Virus record (IMG/VR): IMGVR_UViG_3300035208_002115
Strand: one strand, 5' to 3'
Length of the DNA: 64,000 nt
Origin: a virus
Lineage: Duplodnaviria > Caudoviricetes
Position 1 is the first letter of the stretch. Each line of letters begins with the position of its first letter. Below the pieces are notes generated by a model. That model made no database searches, was not told the DNA's origin, and saw only the letters and a program-made list of their open reading frames with translations. Below are positions 9,649 through 21,160 of this stretch, in pieces. Position numbers and translations under genes: made by a program.

Positions 9649-9914
9649 ATACTACTAACTAATTTATTAATATTCAAATCATTAAGATGATATTTTTCTT
9701 CTAAAATTTGATGTATTTTAGAGAAAGAATAATATAAAATGTATTTTTTTAAATCATAATTAAAATAAACAATATTATTTTTCTTACCAATTAAATAATC
9801 AGAATCATTTTCAGAAACATACCATTCTGTATCCTTAATGATATTCCAAAGGAAGTATTTTGGACTTCTGGCTTCCTGAATCTTTTGTATTATATCTAAA
9901 GTATCTTCTTCCAT
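9579..9914 (-). CDS. Small protein whose C-terminus is encoded by repeat 1 and spacer 1 of array 1; paralog of 34398-34808
   Basis: Starts 3 nt after the DnaJ-domain gene; LDIIQKIQEARSPKYFLWNIIK matches LELAQKIIESRSPKYFVYNIIK. Confidence 0.75.
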   Translation of the reverse strand: MEEDTLDIIQKIQEARSPKYFLWNIIKDTEWYVSENDSDYLIGKKNNIVYFNYDLKKYILYYSFSKIHQILEEKYHLNDLNINKLVSSMVSEHAKLKVDTSVGMLIDLSFW

Positions 9915-9917
9915 TCT

Positions 9918-10493
9918 TTATGAGAGATATGCCATACATTTGTTTTTAGCCTCGGTTAGCTCAATGAATTTATCTCTGTTACCACCTTTGTCTGGGTGGT
10001 GAACCATTGATAATTTGCGGTATGCCCCTTTAACATCTTCTAATGTAGCATCAGTTTCTAACCCAAGAACTTGAAAACTGGATGATGGTTTTTGTTTTGA
10101 AAACAATGAATGTAAAAAGAATCCAAATATCCAAGAATCTTCTTCTTTTTCCATGCGTTCCCAATCTTCTTTTCTTTTTTTCCAATCTTCTTTTTCCTGT
10201 CGTTGTCGCTCCATTACTTCAGGAAACAATTCTTCCCGTAATTTAGCTATCACAGAAGCGAAAAAATATTTCCAGAGTTTTTCAGGTAATTGACCAGCCG
10301 TTTTTTTATCTATGCCATCCCATTTCATTCGAATAGCATTGACAGCGTTATTATAACCTTTAATATTACCTCGTGCATTACCCACTTCTAAAAGTGTAAT
10401 AAAATCCATTGTCAAGTCTGAAATGAATTCATTATGACTGAAGTTTACACCTTTATCAAGGTTATATTTTTTAATGTAATCGAGTGGTTTCAT
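9918..10493 (-). CDS. DnaJ (J-domain) protein
   Basis: C-terminal FQVLGL...AYRKLSMVHHPDKGG...F.ELTEA with the HPD motif. Confidence 0.85.
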   Translation of the reverse strand: MKPLDYIKKYNLDKGVNFSHNEFISDLTMDFITLLEVGNARGNIKGYNNAVNAIRMKWDGIDKKTAGQLPEKLWKYFFASVIAKLREELFPEVMERQRQEKEDWKKRKEDWERMEKEEDSWIFGFFLHSLFSKQKPSSSFQVLGLETDATLEDVKGAYRKLSMVHHPDKGGNRDKFIELTEAKNKCMAYLS

Positions 10494-10494
10494 A

Positions 10495-11346
10495 TTATTC
10501 GTCAGGTAATGTGTTATGTTTAATCATATTAAATATTGGAAAAACAAAAAATGTAAATATTCCACAGAAAACAGTAACTGCATATACTAATACTTCACCG
10601 AGTTTCTGAAAATCTGTTAATTTACCTATTTTATATGTTACAGGATGGGTTGTATCAAGCGATTCAATTTTATTTTTCTTGACATATATCCGAATCTTTA
10701 TTGACCATATTAATAAACAAATATAGATAGGAATCCAATAAATCATTAATATTATAATAGGCAAGTTCATATTATTCTTCGATTAAATCAAATTGCCCGA
10801 TGAAAACAACATATGTGTTTTGAAATAATATTTCAGGTTCACCTTCTCCCATAGAAACATCGACACCTTTATTAGATACTCTATTAAGATATTCTGTCAC
10901 TTCTTCATCAACAGGTATACCCCAAGCTCTTTCACCAATTTCATAATCTTCCCAAACTTTTATAATTTGGAATTGTACTGGTTTTTCGTATTTTTCATCA
11001 TGTTCCCAGTTGCTCATCCCAGTCCCACCGAACTTATTATGAAAGGAAAAGCTTTTAAAGTTATAAATTTGTCCTACTATCATATATTTGGTTTTTATTA
11101 ATCAAAAATACATTCGTGCATCACAAAAGTGATAACATCATTAAGAGTTTCCTTAGACCACCAAAATATTCTTGCACCGTTGGTTGGAAAATGTTCCTTT
11201 TGATAATTCAATTTCGCTTCTGCATCTTTTTTAGAAGATGCAAGCTGTATACCAGTTACTTTCATTTCGGTTGGCATATCCCAAAACGCTTGCTGTAATT
11301 CTTCTAAAGAATCATACTCATTTAAGTCTATATGTAATTTCTTCAT
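10495..11346 (-). other. Three small hypothetical CDSs (10495-10770 membrane, 10772-11083, 11098-11346)
   Basis: Tightly packed co-oriented ORFs. Confidence 0.55.
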
Positions 11347-11354
11347 AATTCGTT

Positions 11355-11609
11355 TTAAAAAATTTCATCAAGTTTAGCTTTGCGTTCTTCTCGCTTTAAT
11401 TCTTCTCTTGTTTTTTTATTATTATCAAAAGAATTCATACTATTAGTAATATCAAACATGATATTATAATCAATAGGATGAAATTTTTTACCACAATTAT
11501 CACAAAATAAATCTTCTGGAATATCAACTTGAAATAATCCATCATGTATTCTGACATTACAATTATTAAATATTTTTTCTTTCATAAAAAAATATAATTT
11601 AATTGACAA
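11355..11609 (-). CDS. Small CxxC protein with C-terminal RxxKLxxI tag
   Basis: CDNCG; ends ERKAKLDEIF; the real start is probably the internal MKEK. Confidence 0.55.
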   Translation of the reverse strand: MSIKLYFFMKEKIFNNCNVRIHDGLFQVDIPEDLFCDNCGKKFHPIDYNIMFDITNSMNSFDNNKKTREELKREERKAKLDEIF

Positions 11610-11648
11610 AAATAATCATTAAATCTAATAAAAAAAATTACAAAGTAT

Positions 11649-11676
11649 AAACTAAACCCGAAATATATAATATATA
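11649..11676 (+). promoter_or_regulatory. AAAC-N18-TATA bipartite promoter-like motif (1 of 7 copies seen)
   Basis: Same spacing at 11649, 28597, 48500, 48992, 50430, 53965 and 62048, each just upstream of a + strand gene. Confidence 0.55.
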
Positions 11677-11696
11677 AACAAAAAAATTAAACAAAA

Positions 11697-11990
11697 ATGT
11701 TAAAGACCTGTTTAAATTTGATATTAGAACATAAAAAGCTTACTGAATATCATTCCAAAATTCATACACTTGTATATCAGTTTGGTGACGAACAGCTCGC
11801 TTATATGTTGCAAAGGGGAGCAGTAATAGACCAGAATTCTTCTATTATGTTGAATTTTATACCAAATGTTGGATTTAGGTGTACAAATCTAAATAATTCA
11901 AGAATTGGTAAACTTCCAATATGTGGACAACTGGAAGAATTATTAAACACTAAATATCTGGAACTTGTAATTCCAAAAAAAGATGAATAA
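11697..11990 (+). CDS. Hypothetical protein
   Basis: 97-aa ORF. Confidence 0.55.
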   Translation: MLKTCLNLILEHKKLTEYHSKIHTLVYQFGDEQLAYMLQRGAVIDQNSSIMLNFIPNVGFRCTNLNNSRIGKLPICGQLEELLNTKYLELVIPKKDE

Positions 11991-12019
11991 TATTCATCTT
12001 TCAAAAATAAAATTATTTA

Positions 12020-12568
12020 ATGATTCTACCAATATACACCTATGGCGAACCAATACTTATACAACAACCAAGAACAATCGATTTAATAAATGAAAAAAAT
12101 TATATACAAGACTTAATAAGAAATATGTTTGAAACCCTTAATGCAGCCAAGGGTGTAGGACTGGCTGCTCATCAGGTTGGTGTTCCTATAAAATTATTTA
12201 TTGTTGATACTACTGATGGACTTGGTGAAGATATGTTTTTTGGGTTCAAAGAAGTATTTATAAATCCAATTATAATAGAAAGAAGTGATAGTAAAACCAC
12301 TGCAACTGAAGGTTGTTTAAGTTTCCCAAATTTGATGGATGATGTGTTTCGACCTGATAAAATATGTATTGATTATTTAAATGCTAACTTTGAACATAAA
12401 ATTGTCGATTATGAGGGAATTATAGCCAGAATTATACAACATGAATATGACCATATATTTGGAACATTGTTTATAAAACGTTTTGATGTCAAATCTTTAA
12501 AGAAAATAAATAAAACTTTAACTGACATTGAGAATAAAAGAATAAAGACAAATTATAAAATTATTTAA
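12020..12568 (+). CDS. def: Peptide deformylase
   Basis: GVGLAAHQ, EGCLS and QHEYDH signature motifs. Confidence 0.95.
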   Translation: MILPIYTYGEPILIQQPRTIDLINEKNYIQDLIRNMFETLNAAKGVGLAAHQVGVPIKLFIVDTTDGLGEDMFFGFKEVFINPIIIERSDSKTTATEGCLSFPNLMDDVFRPDKICIDYLNANFEHKIVDYEGIIARIIQHEYDHIFGTLFIKRFDVKSLKKINKTLTDIENKRIKTNYKII

Positions 12569-12578
12569 ATATCTTTTC

Positions 12579-13442
12579 ATGATTGTTAAAAAATATGCTA
12601 TTTATAAAATAGAACAATCTTCATTTGATTCGAATTCTCATATTAATGTGAATAGTTATAATTCTAATGAATTTAACATAAAATTAAATACTTTTCCAAC
12701 ACCTTTTAGTAAAATGGTATTAATAAGAAAATATGACTTATCAATAAAAAACCCAGAAGATAATGTTAAATCAGCATATTTTGACACTGAAATAGATGCT
12801 ATGGAAGCTGTTCGGTTGAATATGCATATGAATCCTATAAATATAAATACATTCGATTCCCATATAACAATTTTACCAGTTTTAGAGGAAGTCACTGAAT
12901 TACAGGAAATACGGAGATTAAAAATAAAAGGTATATTACAAGATGATTAAAAAGGATGATGTTTTCAGTGTGTGGTGGGATGAAAATAAAGAAAAAATAT
13001 ATGAATCCCATACGGATTTAGAAGCTGTTTCACATATTTCTTTTGTAGCTGGAGCTAAAGCTATGGAGATGTTTATGGAAAAACATTTTGACAATTCAAA
13101 TAATAAGAAGAACTTTGTGAAGAAACATTTTTGGGATTTATTATAAAAATAAAAATATTTTAACGGTAGAATAAGATGGTTAAAAAAGAAGATAACTTAA
13201 CCGAAGTCAAGAAAGTCGAATCAGATATATCTGATGTTAGACTATCGGATGGTGAAATTTCAAAACAAAAAGTTGAAAATGTTGGTGAGGAATTTATGAA
13301 ATGGGCTGAACAATATTGGGCATTAGAAAAGATAATTACAAATGGATTTGGAGATGGAAAAAATGGTGCTGAAAGTTGTCCATATTCATACATTAGAGAA
13401 ATATTTGTTAATAAGATAAATGAACTTTCTTGTGAAAGATAA
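12579..13442 (+). other. Three small hypothetical CDSs (12579-12950 with C-terminal tag, 12943-13146, 13176-13442)
   Basis: Co-oriented ORFs; the first ends IRRLKIKGILQDD. Confidence 0.55.
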
Positions 13443-13468
13443 ATTATAAAAAAAATAAAAAAAAATAT

Positions 13469-13948
13469 ATGAAAACAACAGAAACACACATATTCTTTTT
13501 AAAAGAATGGCTCAGTAATTTTAAATATTGTACCATCATGTCTGGTGGAAATAAATTTAGTAATACTGAACAACTATTCATGTATCATAAAGCTATATTT
13601 TTTGAAGATGAAGATATAGCCGAAAAGATATTAGTAACTCCTGTTCCATATGAAGCTAAAGCATTAGGAAGATTAGTAAAAGGTTATAATGATGAAGATT
13701 GGAATAAAGTTCGTTATGATGTCATGTATCAGTCCAATCTTCTTAAATATATACAAAACGAGGATTTAAAAGAAAAATTATTAGCTACTGGTAATAAGAT
13801 TTTGGTGGAAGTTAATCCACGAGATGCTATATGGGGTATATCTATGGATGAAAACGACCCAGATATATTGGATGAATCAAAATGGAAAGGTCAGAATCTA
13901 CTTGGTAAAGTTTTGATGGATGTCAGAGAAACATTAAAGAAAAAATAA
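13469..13948 (+). CDS. NADAR (YbiA-like) family protein
   Basis: LSNF, TEQLFMYHKA, AKALGRLV, LLATG..ILVEVNPRDAIWGI, GQNLLGKVLMDVR. Confidence 0.92.
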   Translation: MKTTETHIFFLKEWLSNFKYCTIMSGGNKFSNTEQLFMYHKAIFFEDEDIAEKILVTPVPYEAKALGRLVKGYNDEDWNKVRYDVMYQSNLLKYIQNEDLKEKLLATGNKILVEVNPRDAIWGISMDENDPDILDESKWKGQNLLGKVLMDVRETLKKK

Positions 13949-13962
13949 AAATATAATTCGGA

Positions 13963-14184
13963 TTATATTTTTTTGAAAACTGTCCAATCTTGTTCAGTAA
14001 AAATATCATCTAATACCGACCATATTCCTAATATATATTTTTTTTCGGCTTGTGATATTTTTATATAATTGATAATAGCATTTTTCATTTTTTCATGTGC
14101 CTCTATTTCTTCATTAGATGCTATTGGTATACCAATATTATTTTCATTTAATTCAAAATTATCATATTTCTTTAAGTGATTCAT
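13963..14184 (-). CDS. Small protein with capsid-targeting-like N-terminus
   Basis: MNHLKKYDNFELNEN; TAATATATA at 14204-14212. Confidence 0.55.
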   Translation of the reverse strand: MNHLKKYDNFELNENNIGIPIASNEEIEAHEKMKNAIINYIKISQAEKKYILGIWSVLDDIFTEQDWTVFKKI

Positions 14185-14216
14185 GTGGCATCGTTATTTT
14201 TATTATATATTAAATA

Positions 14217-14588
14217 TTAAAGTGTTTTTCTTAAAACTTTCTCTTTTATTTCTGGAATAGATAAGATAAAATTTATAATATTTGTGTTATCTTCGTTGAT
14301 GTTATCTCTAATAACAGAAATAAGTTTATCAGTTATTCCTTTATCTATAATTTTTTTGATACCTACTAAATCGTTTTTTATAAACAAGGACATAAATATT
14401 GATTCCATTAGATATGTTAATATCTTTTTATTCTCAATGAAATAATAAAGTATTTCCACATTTCTAACCCGATATATTATATTATTTAGAATATGAAATT
14501 GGTTATCCGTTAATCCCTTCTCCACATATAATTTTATATTATTTAAATCTTCAAGATACATTACATTTCTAAATAATTCATCTTTCAT
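14217..14588 (-). CDS. Helical-repeat (ankyrin-like) hypothetical protein
   Basis: Repeated NIKLYVEKG / EILYYFIEN / GIKKIIDKG units. Confidence 0.45.
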   Translation of the reverse strand: MKDELFRNVMYLEDLNNIKLYVEKGLTDNQFHILNNIIYRVRNVEILYYFIENKKILTYLMESIFMSLFIKNDLVGIKKIIDKGITDKLISVIRDNINEDNTNIINFILSIPEIKEKVLRKTL

Positions 14589-14603
14589 CTTTATATTTTT
14601 ATT

Positions 14604-17600
14604 TTAATAGGTAGTTCCACTATTATTTATATCGCTACTATATTCCTCAACAATCCATAGACTACCATCATCATCTATAATATAATATCCTTGGTTAGTT
14701 CCGATTCTTGGGTAATATTTATAACGGAAATTATTATTAATTAAATAATAATTTTTTGGTTCATCAAAGTTGAACAACTCTGTGTTTCTATATCCAACAC
14801 CATAATCGCCATAATATGCAGTTTCAATATAAATATACGGGTCTATATTTTTATCAATATTAAAATTAAAAGGTTCAAGGTCGGTTTTAAATACTTTAAA
14901 ATACTGAACTGGTACTAATTTACCATTACTATCTTTAGAAAATGTTTTAACTATTAATTCAAAATGGTCTGGAACAAATCCAGTGGTTGTATAAAAATGT
15001 ATTGAAAATAAATAGTTCGTGCTAAAGTTCAATGTTGTTATGTAATTGAAATTAATAACAATTCCAGTTTTTTCAGTCCTAAATTTTGTCACTTGATTAG
15101 AAGTATCATGGACTAAATAATTTGTAGCTGGTATTTTAGCAGAACCAGTAATATCTACAATATTAGTTGAAAGAGGTATGATGTTTTCCCTTAACCACAA
15201 TTTTAATTTTTGAAGTTTTATTTGAACTTCTTTCAATGAATATACATTTATATTGTAACCATCTTCATCAGTAATTTTATATGTTAAATTAAAAAGATTT
15301 GTTTTAACATAATTATTTCTATTTCCTTTATTACTTATAAAATCTACCTCATTCCATCCATCTATTGTAGTATCAAAAATATCGGGTATATGTATTCTCA
15401 TATATTTCTTATAAAATGGTGAACTTGAATTTACATTTTTATAATATTCATATACAGATAAATCATTATATCCAAAGAAATTAATAGCACCCATAAGAGA
15501 TTTGTATGCACCAATATAATTATAAATCTTAGGATACATAAGTAACATTTCTTTTCTCTTTTGATTTAATAAAGTATAATCTATTCCATCTTCTTCTATA
15601 TCCGATTCTTTGAATATCATTTCTTCTTCTTTATTAATTCGGATACCCAAATTTTTTAAATTTATATCGAATCTTTCATCTTCTACCTCAGTCTCACCAT
15701 ATATAGAAAACCGTGCTATCTCTTTTGGTTGAACCGAAATAGAAAAATTAAAAGTTTTGCCAGACGAATTGAAATAAACAAAATCACTTTCAGTATTTGT
15801 GATATCAACAATTAACTTATTTTTCAGAACACTCACAAGTGTGTATGTTTCATAATTTTCAAAAATTGATTGGTCATATGGATTTGTATCAGAAATTTTA
15901 ACTTGAATAGGTTGACCTACTTCAAACCCCTTATTAATAAACCCATCAAATAAATTAGATTTATATTCAATAGTACCATCCGTGTTAAAAACAAAATAAT
16001 TATCTGATATACCAGTTGTACCACTAAATATGATGGTTTCAATTAACTCAATCTTCATTATATTATAATTGACTCCTTCATTTGGAGTATTATATCCAAT
16101 AAATATTTCAAACGGCCTTGGTAAATAATTAAAATCGTCATCTGAATCTAACTGTGGTAATAGAAAATTTAGTTCAGAAAATATAGTTTGTTGATATTTT
16201 GGATTTGTTATATGTTCCAATTTTGTGTTAGGTTCTTTATTTAATCTAATAACATTTTGTTGTCTATAATCCCAAAGCGGTATTTGACCATCATATCGTA
16301 ATTTTTCAATATAATTTCCAGATGAATCTTTTGGTGGTTGTAATTGATTTCCTGAAATATCGTAGAAAAATATAGAATCATCAATTGGATGTTCATCAGT
16401 TGGTATCCAAGATAATTTAAAATAAATATCTTTATCATAAGACAACCTCGGTTTACGTATATATTCTCTTGAATCTATATCCAGAATAATATTATTTTCT
16501 TCAAAAAACACACCCTGATATGATAATTGTATGACTGTCGGTGACAACCCAATAATATTATATTCTTTATCATTTTCATTATATGAACTTCCTGAAACAC
16601 TTATCACCATACCAGTTGATAAACCAACTGTATATAAATCAGTAGTACCTGCCATATCCAATTGGTTACCAGTTAAAATTATTCCTTCGCTTCGAAATTC
16701 ATTTTCTGCTTGGTATAATATATCATAAGATGAATTTAAATTTACTTTCACCTTTAAATTTAGTATGGCAACATCAGGGTATAATGTCTCAATATATAAC
16801 TTATTATCAATAGTAGTACCAGTATGAATATCAACCCCTTTATTATATAATGCGGTGTAATATTTATTTACAAAATCTTTAATAGTTTCCTGTGTTTTGT
16901 TAGTAGTACCAGAATTATCTTGGAAATTGATAAAATATTCAACATCATTTAAAGTTAGACAGAAACCATAATCCAGTACATCATCATACAAGTCAAAAAG
17001 AATTTCTTCATTATATTTTTTTGATAATTTATTAGTTTCATATAAATATATTTTTTCATTGTATAATTTTTCTTCTGTAAAAATATAATGGATATCAGAA
17101 ATATCTAAAACTGAATAAGAATTCTGGTTGGATATTGTGCTTACAGTTGTTCCACTTTCTTCTAAATATAATTTTGTTGTAAAATACGGTGAATAAGAAA
17201 AATCATATAATCCTTCTATAAACAATTTATCATCCAATAAATATGAATTGATACCCAATTTATTTAAATCGTTGTTATAATTTTCGACAAATGCGTTTAT
17301 AGTTTCATGATATATTGTAAAACCCGATGCTGCTGGTAAAATGTTTTGTTTATAATTTAAAATATTTGTTGTTAAATAACAATTTCCATCAATGGTTTGG
17401 GTCTGAGCTATACCAGTGGCATCAAATGTATTATATTCATAAAATCTTAAACGTTTAACAATAGCCATATTCGTGATGTTTTCTTCGTGTACAAATTGTT
17501 CCAATTGTATATAAGTGTACCCATCTTCTATATAAGAATTTAAAACTTTAAAGTCTTTTCTTGTGTTTAAAGAACCTGCCCCAGCAAAATAAATAATATC

Positions 17601-18608
17601 ATTTGCAACTAATGGTACATTAAGTGTTGATGTTGACCTAACATAATATTCAGATTCATCTGATAAATTCTCATCATAATATTCATAAAATTCTAAGGCC
17701 ATTGCAGTTTTTACCGACACACGGTCATTTATACTACTAACTGTATATTGATAACCGTTCAATAATTGTCCACCGTTATAATCTTCAAATATGATGTTTT
17801 GTCCTATTTTAAAAGAATTACCGAATGGCTCACTAAATACAAATTTATTTCCAGTTACAGTGACAGAACCACTGTGTAATAATATTCTATCGGTTAATAA
17901 TGTTACTTCAAGATTTAAGGTACAATTTGTATTACCAGATAATTGATAATCATAAATATTTCTTTTTAAAATTTCACGGTCAGCAACTTCTACTACACCA
18001 GAATTTTTTTCTGAATTTACAATCGATAATTGTTTACCTACATATATTTTTGAAGCGAGATATGCACTATATCCTTGATTGTAATCTGGGTATTTTATTA
18101 CATCACAACTATAAATTTTTCCTGATATATAAGTAAATGATAAAAAAGTGTCGTTTGTTGTCGTTGTTTGAATTAAAATTTCATTTTTTCTCGTTTCCAA
18201 TACATTAAAATATAATGCATCATCGAAATCTGTGTAGTTTGCACCGCTTAATACAAAACGAACAATTGTTCCCTCTGGAAATAATTGATGAAAGCCTCTA
18301 CCCTTTATCCATTTAGTTCTAAAGACTGGAGAATTGTTTGATTTTTTAATACCTTCTATATCCAGTCCCTGTTTTGTTGAACCTTTTAATATAATTCCAC
18401 TATCATTATACAATTCGAATTTATTAAAATTAAAATATTCAGCAAATGATATGGGTTCTACATGTTCAAACAAATAGATACCAATGGTTTTATATAAATC
18501 GCTACTATTTGGGTCGAATAATATTTTACCTTCCCATTTATCATTTTCTTCGTTATATTGAAAGTTATATGGATAACCCTCTTTGTTGTAAAATCTGAGA
18601 TTCTTCAC
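14604..18608 (-). CDS. Large putative virion structural protein (baseplate or tail)
   Basis: 1334 aa, beta-rich and acidic with SG/SGTT motifs; TAATATATA at 18644-18652; no specific homolog recognised. Confidence 0.5.
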   Translation of the reverse strand: MKNLRFYNKEGYPYNFQYNEENDKWEGKILFDPNSSDLYKTIGIYLFEHVEPISFAEYFNFNKFELYNDSGIILKGSTKQGLDIEGIKKSNNSPVFRTKWIKGRGFHQLFPEGTIVRFVLSGANYTDFDDALYFNVLETRKNEILIQTTTTNDTFLSFTYISGKIYSCDVIKYPDYNQGYSAYLASKIYVGKQLSIVNSEKNSGVVEVADREILKRNIYDYQLSGNTNCTLNLEVTLLTDRILLHSGSVTVTGNKFVFSEPFGNSFKIGQNIIFEDYNGGQLLNGYQYTVSSINDRVSVKTAMALEFYEYYDENLSDESEYYVRSTSTLNVPLVANDIIYFAGAGSLNTRKDFKVLNSYIEDGYTYIQLEQFVHEENITNMAIVKRLRFYEYNTFDATGIAQTQTIDGNCYLTTNILNYKQNILPAASGFTIYHETINAFVENYNNDLNKLGINSYLLDDKLFIEGLYDFSYSPYFTTKLYLEESGTTVSTISNQNSYSVLDISDIHYIFTEEKLYNEKIYLYETNKLSKKYNEEILFDLYDDVLDYGFCLTLNDVEYFINFQDNSGTTNKTQETIKDFVNKYYTALYNKGVDIHTGTTIDNKLYIETLYPDVAILNLKVKVNLNSSYDILYQAENEFRSEGIILTGNQLDMAGTTDLYTVGLSTGMVISVSGSSYNENDKEYNIIGLSPTVIQLSYQGVFFEENNIILDIDSREYIRKPRLSYDKDIYFKLSWIPTDEHPIDDSIFFYDISGNQLQPPKDSSGNYIEKLRYDGQIPLWDYRQQNVIRLNKEPNTKLEHITNPKYQQTIFSELNFLLPQLDSDDDFNYLPRPFEIFIGYNTPNEGVNYNIMKIELIETIIFSGTTGISDNYFVFNTDGTIEYKSNLFDGFINKGFEVGQPIQVKISDTNPYDQSIFENYETYTLVSVLKNKLIVDITNTESDFVYFNSSGKTFNFSISVQPKEIARFSIYGETEVEDERFDINLKNLGIRINKEEEMIFKESDIEEDGIDYTLLNQKRKEMLLMYPKIYNYIGAYKSLMGAINFFGYNDLSVYEYYKNVNSSSPFYKKYMRIHIPDIFDTTIDGWNEVDFISNKGNRNNYVKTNLFNLTYKITDEDGYNINVYSLKEVQIKLQKLKLWLRENIIPLSTNIVDITGSAKIPATNYLVHDTSNQVTKFRTEKTGIVINFNYITTLNFSTNYLFSIHFYTTTGFVPDHFELIVKTFSKDSNGKLVPVQYFKVFKTDLEPFNFNIDKNIDPYIYIETAYYGDYGVGYRNTELFNFDEPKNYYLINNNFRYKYYPRIGTNQGYYIIDDDGSLWIVEEYSSDINNSGTTY

Positions 18609-18691
18609 TAAGTATGAAAGTATTATTTTTTTAGAATTTCTATTATATATTAAAAAATATACTTCTAAAAATAAATTATTACATTTGGGGT

Positions 18692-21158
18692 ATGAAAAAA
18701 AGCAATTTTATATTATTATATACAAATGATATATTTTTAGGTTATATTGGGGTAAAAGAAAATGAACTTTTTGTAACAGACAATATTGAACTGGCCTATA
18801 CTAAAAGTAATACTTTTTATTTACATGATATTATTAAATCTGATATAAATTTTGTATTAGCTTCTCATGACAAATCAATTAAAGATATAAAAGGTTATAA
18901 GACATTTTACAGTTGTGTGAAAAGATATGGAGTAGAAACATTAGATGTTAAATTACTTAATTATAAAGAACTTAGAAAGTTGAAACTGCAAAAAATATTT
19001 GAGGATGAATTCTGAAAGACAAAAAGAATATTATTTAGGAGTTTTTTATAAAGATATTTTTATAGCTTTTGTATCTCAACATAAGTACTATATAGATTTC
19101 GAAAAAGCTAAAGGTAATAGGGTATATAGATGGACAAATCGTTTAGATTACGCTCAAATTTATTGGTATTATGAAAGAGATGTTAATGATGATAATCAAT
19201 TTAATATAAGACAGTTAAAAGAATTCTATAATAAATCAATGGATGGTTATGCAGAATTATTAAGTCAGGATTATGATAGAAACAATGGCAGGTTGGTAGC
19301 ATTTTTAAGACCAAATTTTCATAATATTTGCCAAGACCAACTACATTTCAAGTATTTATCTAAACATGGTGTTAGACTTTTAAAACTTAAAGATTTTTAG
19401 TTGATGTATTATTTAACTATATATTATAAGGACGATTTTTTCGGTTTTGTTAATAGTAGAGATTTAGATGATATAAAAATATCTCAATGTCTGTCTGATG
19501 CACCAAAGTATGATATTGCCGAAGCCGAATTCGTTAAAGATTATATATGTACTGAATTTAAATATAACAGACCGATAGGAGAAGAATTGCAAGAAATTTG
19601 TGAAGATATATTTGAAGAATTCAACACAGAAGATTTTAATTTTAAAATAGAAAATCTACATGACGAAAGAAAAAATAAAATTTTAAGTATTTTAGAAGAA
19701 TAAATATGTATCACTTAACATTTTTTGATTATAGTAATAAGTTTATTTGTTATCTAAAAGATATAGATGGGGATTTTATAACATTTACTTATGATTTTAA
19801 AGAAGCTGGACATTCTATTCATAAAGAGAATTTTAACTATATCGTGTCTTTAATAGGAGTTCAATGTTTACATAGCACATTAGAATATAGTAAAAGTTTT
19901 ATTACTAAAAAAGATTTCAAAACAATTGAGTCTGGGAGTTTTAAAACGAAAATATTGACAATTGGTGAAATACGAAAACTAAAAATAAAAAAAATATTTG
20001 AGAACTAATGGGATATAAATGTGCTTTATATAGTTCTGATAGATTTGTTTGTTTTATAGCAAGCAATTGTGATTTAGTAAATAATAAAATTTATTTAACT
20101 CATGATTCGTTAGATGCATATTTTCTTTCAATTAATATATGGGAAAATGTCAATGATGACCATGATAAAATTATTAAAGAAAAAAATAAAGAATACTCAG
20201 CATATTTATTTGCTTTAAATTTTGTTCTTAAAAAAAATAATTATAAAATAAAAGAAGAATGTATCCGCAATTTAAATCCAGATTTTCGAGTAATTAAAGA
20301 TAAATTATATTACAAAAGTAAAAAATTAAGAAAATTAGAAATAAAATTATTGGATATTATTGATATTCGAATGCTTAAACTTCAGAGTATAATAGATGAC
20401 TGAAAAGAAACTATATTATATAATTATTACCTATGAAGGTAAATTTGTATGTTTTGTTGCTAAACATAGTACATCAAATGGTAATATAAATTTCACTTAT
20501 AATATTGATGAAGCCAGAGTAAAAAATACTGAGTGGGGTAGATGGTTTTATAGACAATTTATAAAAAAAATTATAAACACTCTCAGGGATTTCGATGAAA
20601 TAATCGAACACCCAAACACTATTATAATGAAAGGTAAAACATTTGAGGATGTTCAATATATAAAAGATAAAAACACATTAACAAATATTAAAGAATTTTT
20701 TAATAATTATAATATAAAAAAACTTAGAGTGGAGTATGATATTACAAAGTATGATTTACGTAAATGGAAAATAATGGAAATTTTAGATGAATAATAAGTT
20801 TGTCGTATCATATCGAAATAAAGAAACTAACAAATTATTAGGTTTCATGTCTGTGAAAGCTGTTGTTTATCCAACCTATTATGGTGAAAAGATATCTGTA
20901 TGTCATGTTACAAAAAATGAAAATTTTATAGATGTTTATGTAGATGAAAAAACAGCATATAATGAGGGTCATAGAAATATTGAATGTCTTTTTAAATATG
21001 TGAATGTCTTTTTAATAAGAAAATATATTCCAAATAATATAGAAAGATTGTGGGAATTAGACTACTATTCTTTATCAAAATTTTCTATTGAAGTTCATAT
21101 AGTACCTTATAAACAGGCCATTCGATTGTTAAAGATAGAAGAATTAGAAATAATTTGA
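18692..21158 (+). other. Tandem cluster of seven diverged small CDSs (18692-19015, 18999-19400, 19401-19703, 19706-20008, 20008-20403, 20396-20794, 20787-21158)
   Basis: Shared N-terminal Y.L..Y...F.(g/c)[FY][VIL] pattern and C-terminal RxxK[LI]xx[IL] (truncated in 18999-19400); TACATTTG upstream at about 18680. Confidence 0.7.
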
Positions 21159-21160
21159 TA

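Noticed and set aside
9375-9914. Diversity-generating retroelement or shufflon as the explanation for array 1
   Set aside because: Spacers are unrelated to each other rather than adenine-mutated copies, repeats are direct, and no reverse transcriptase or invertase is recognisable in the window
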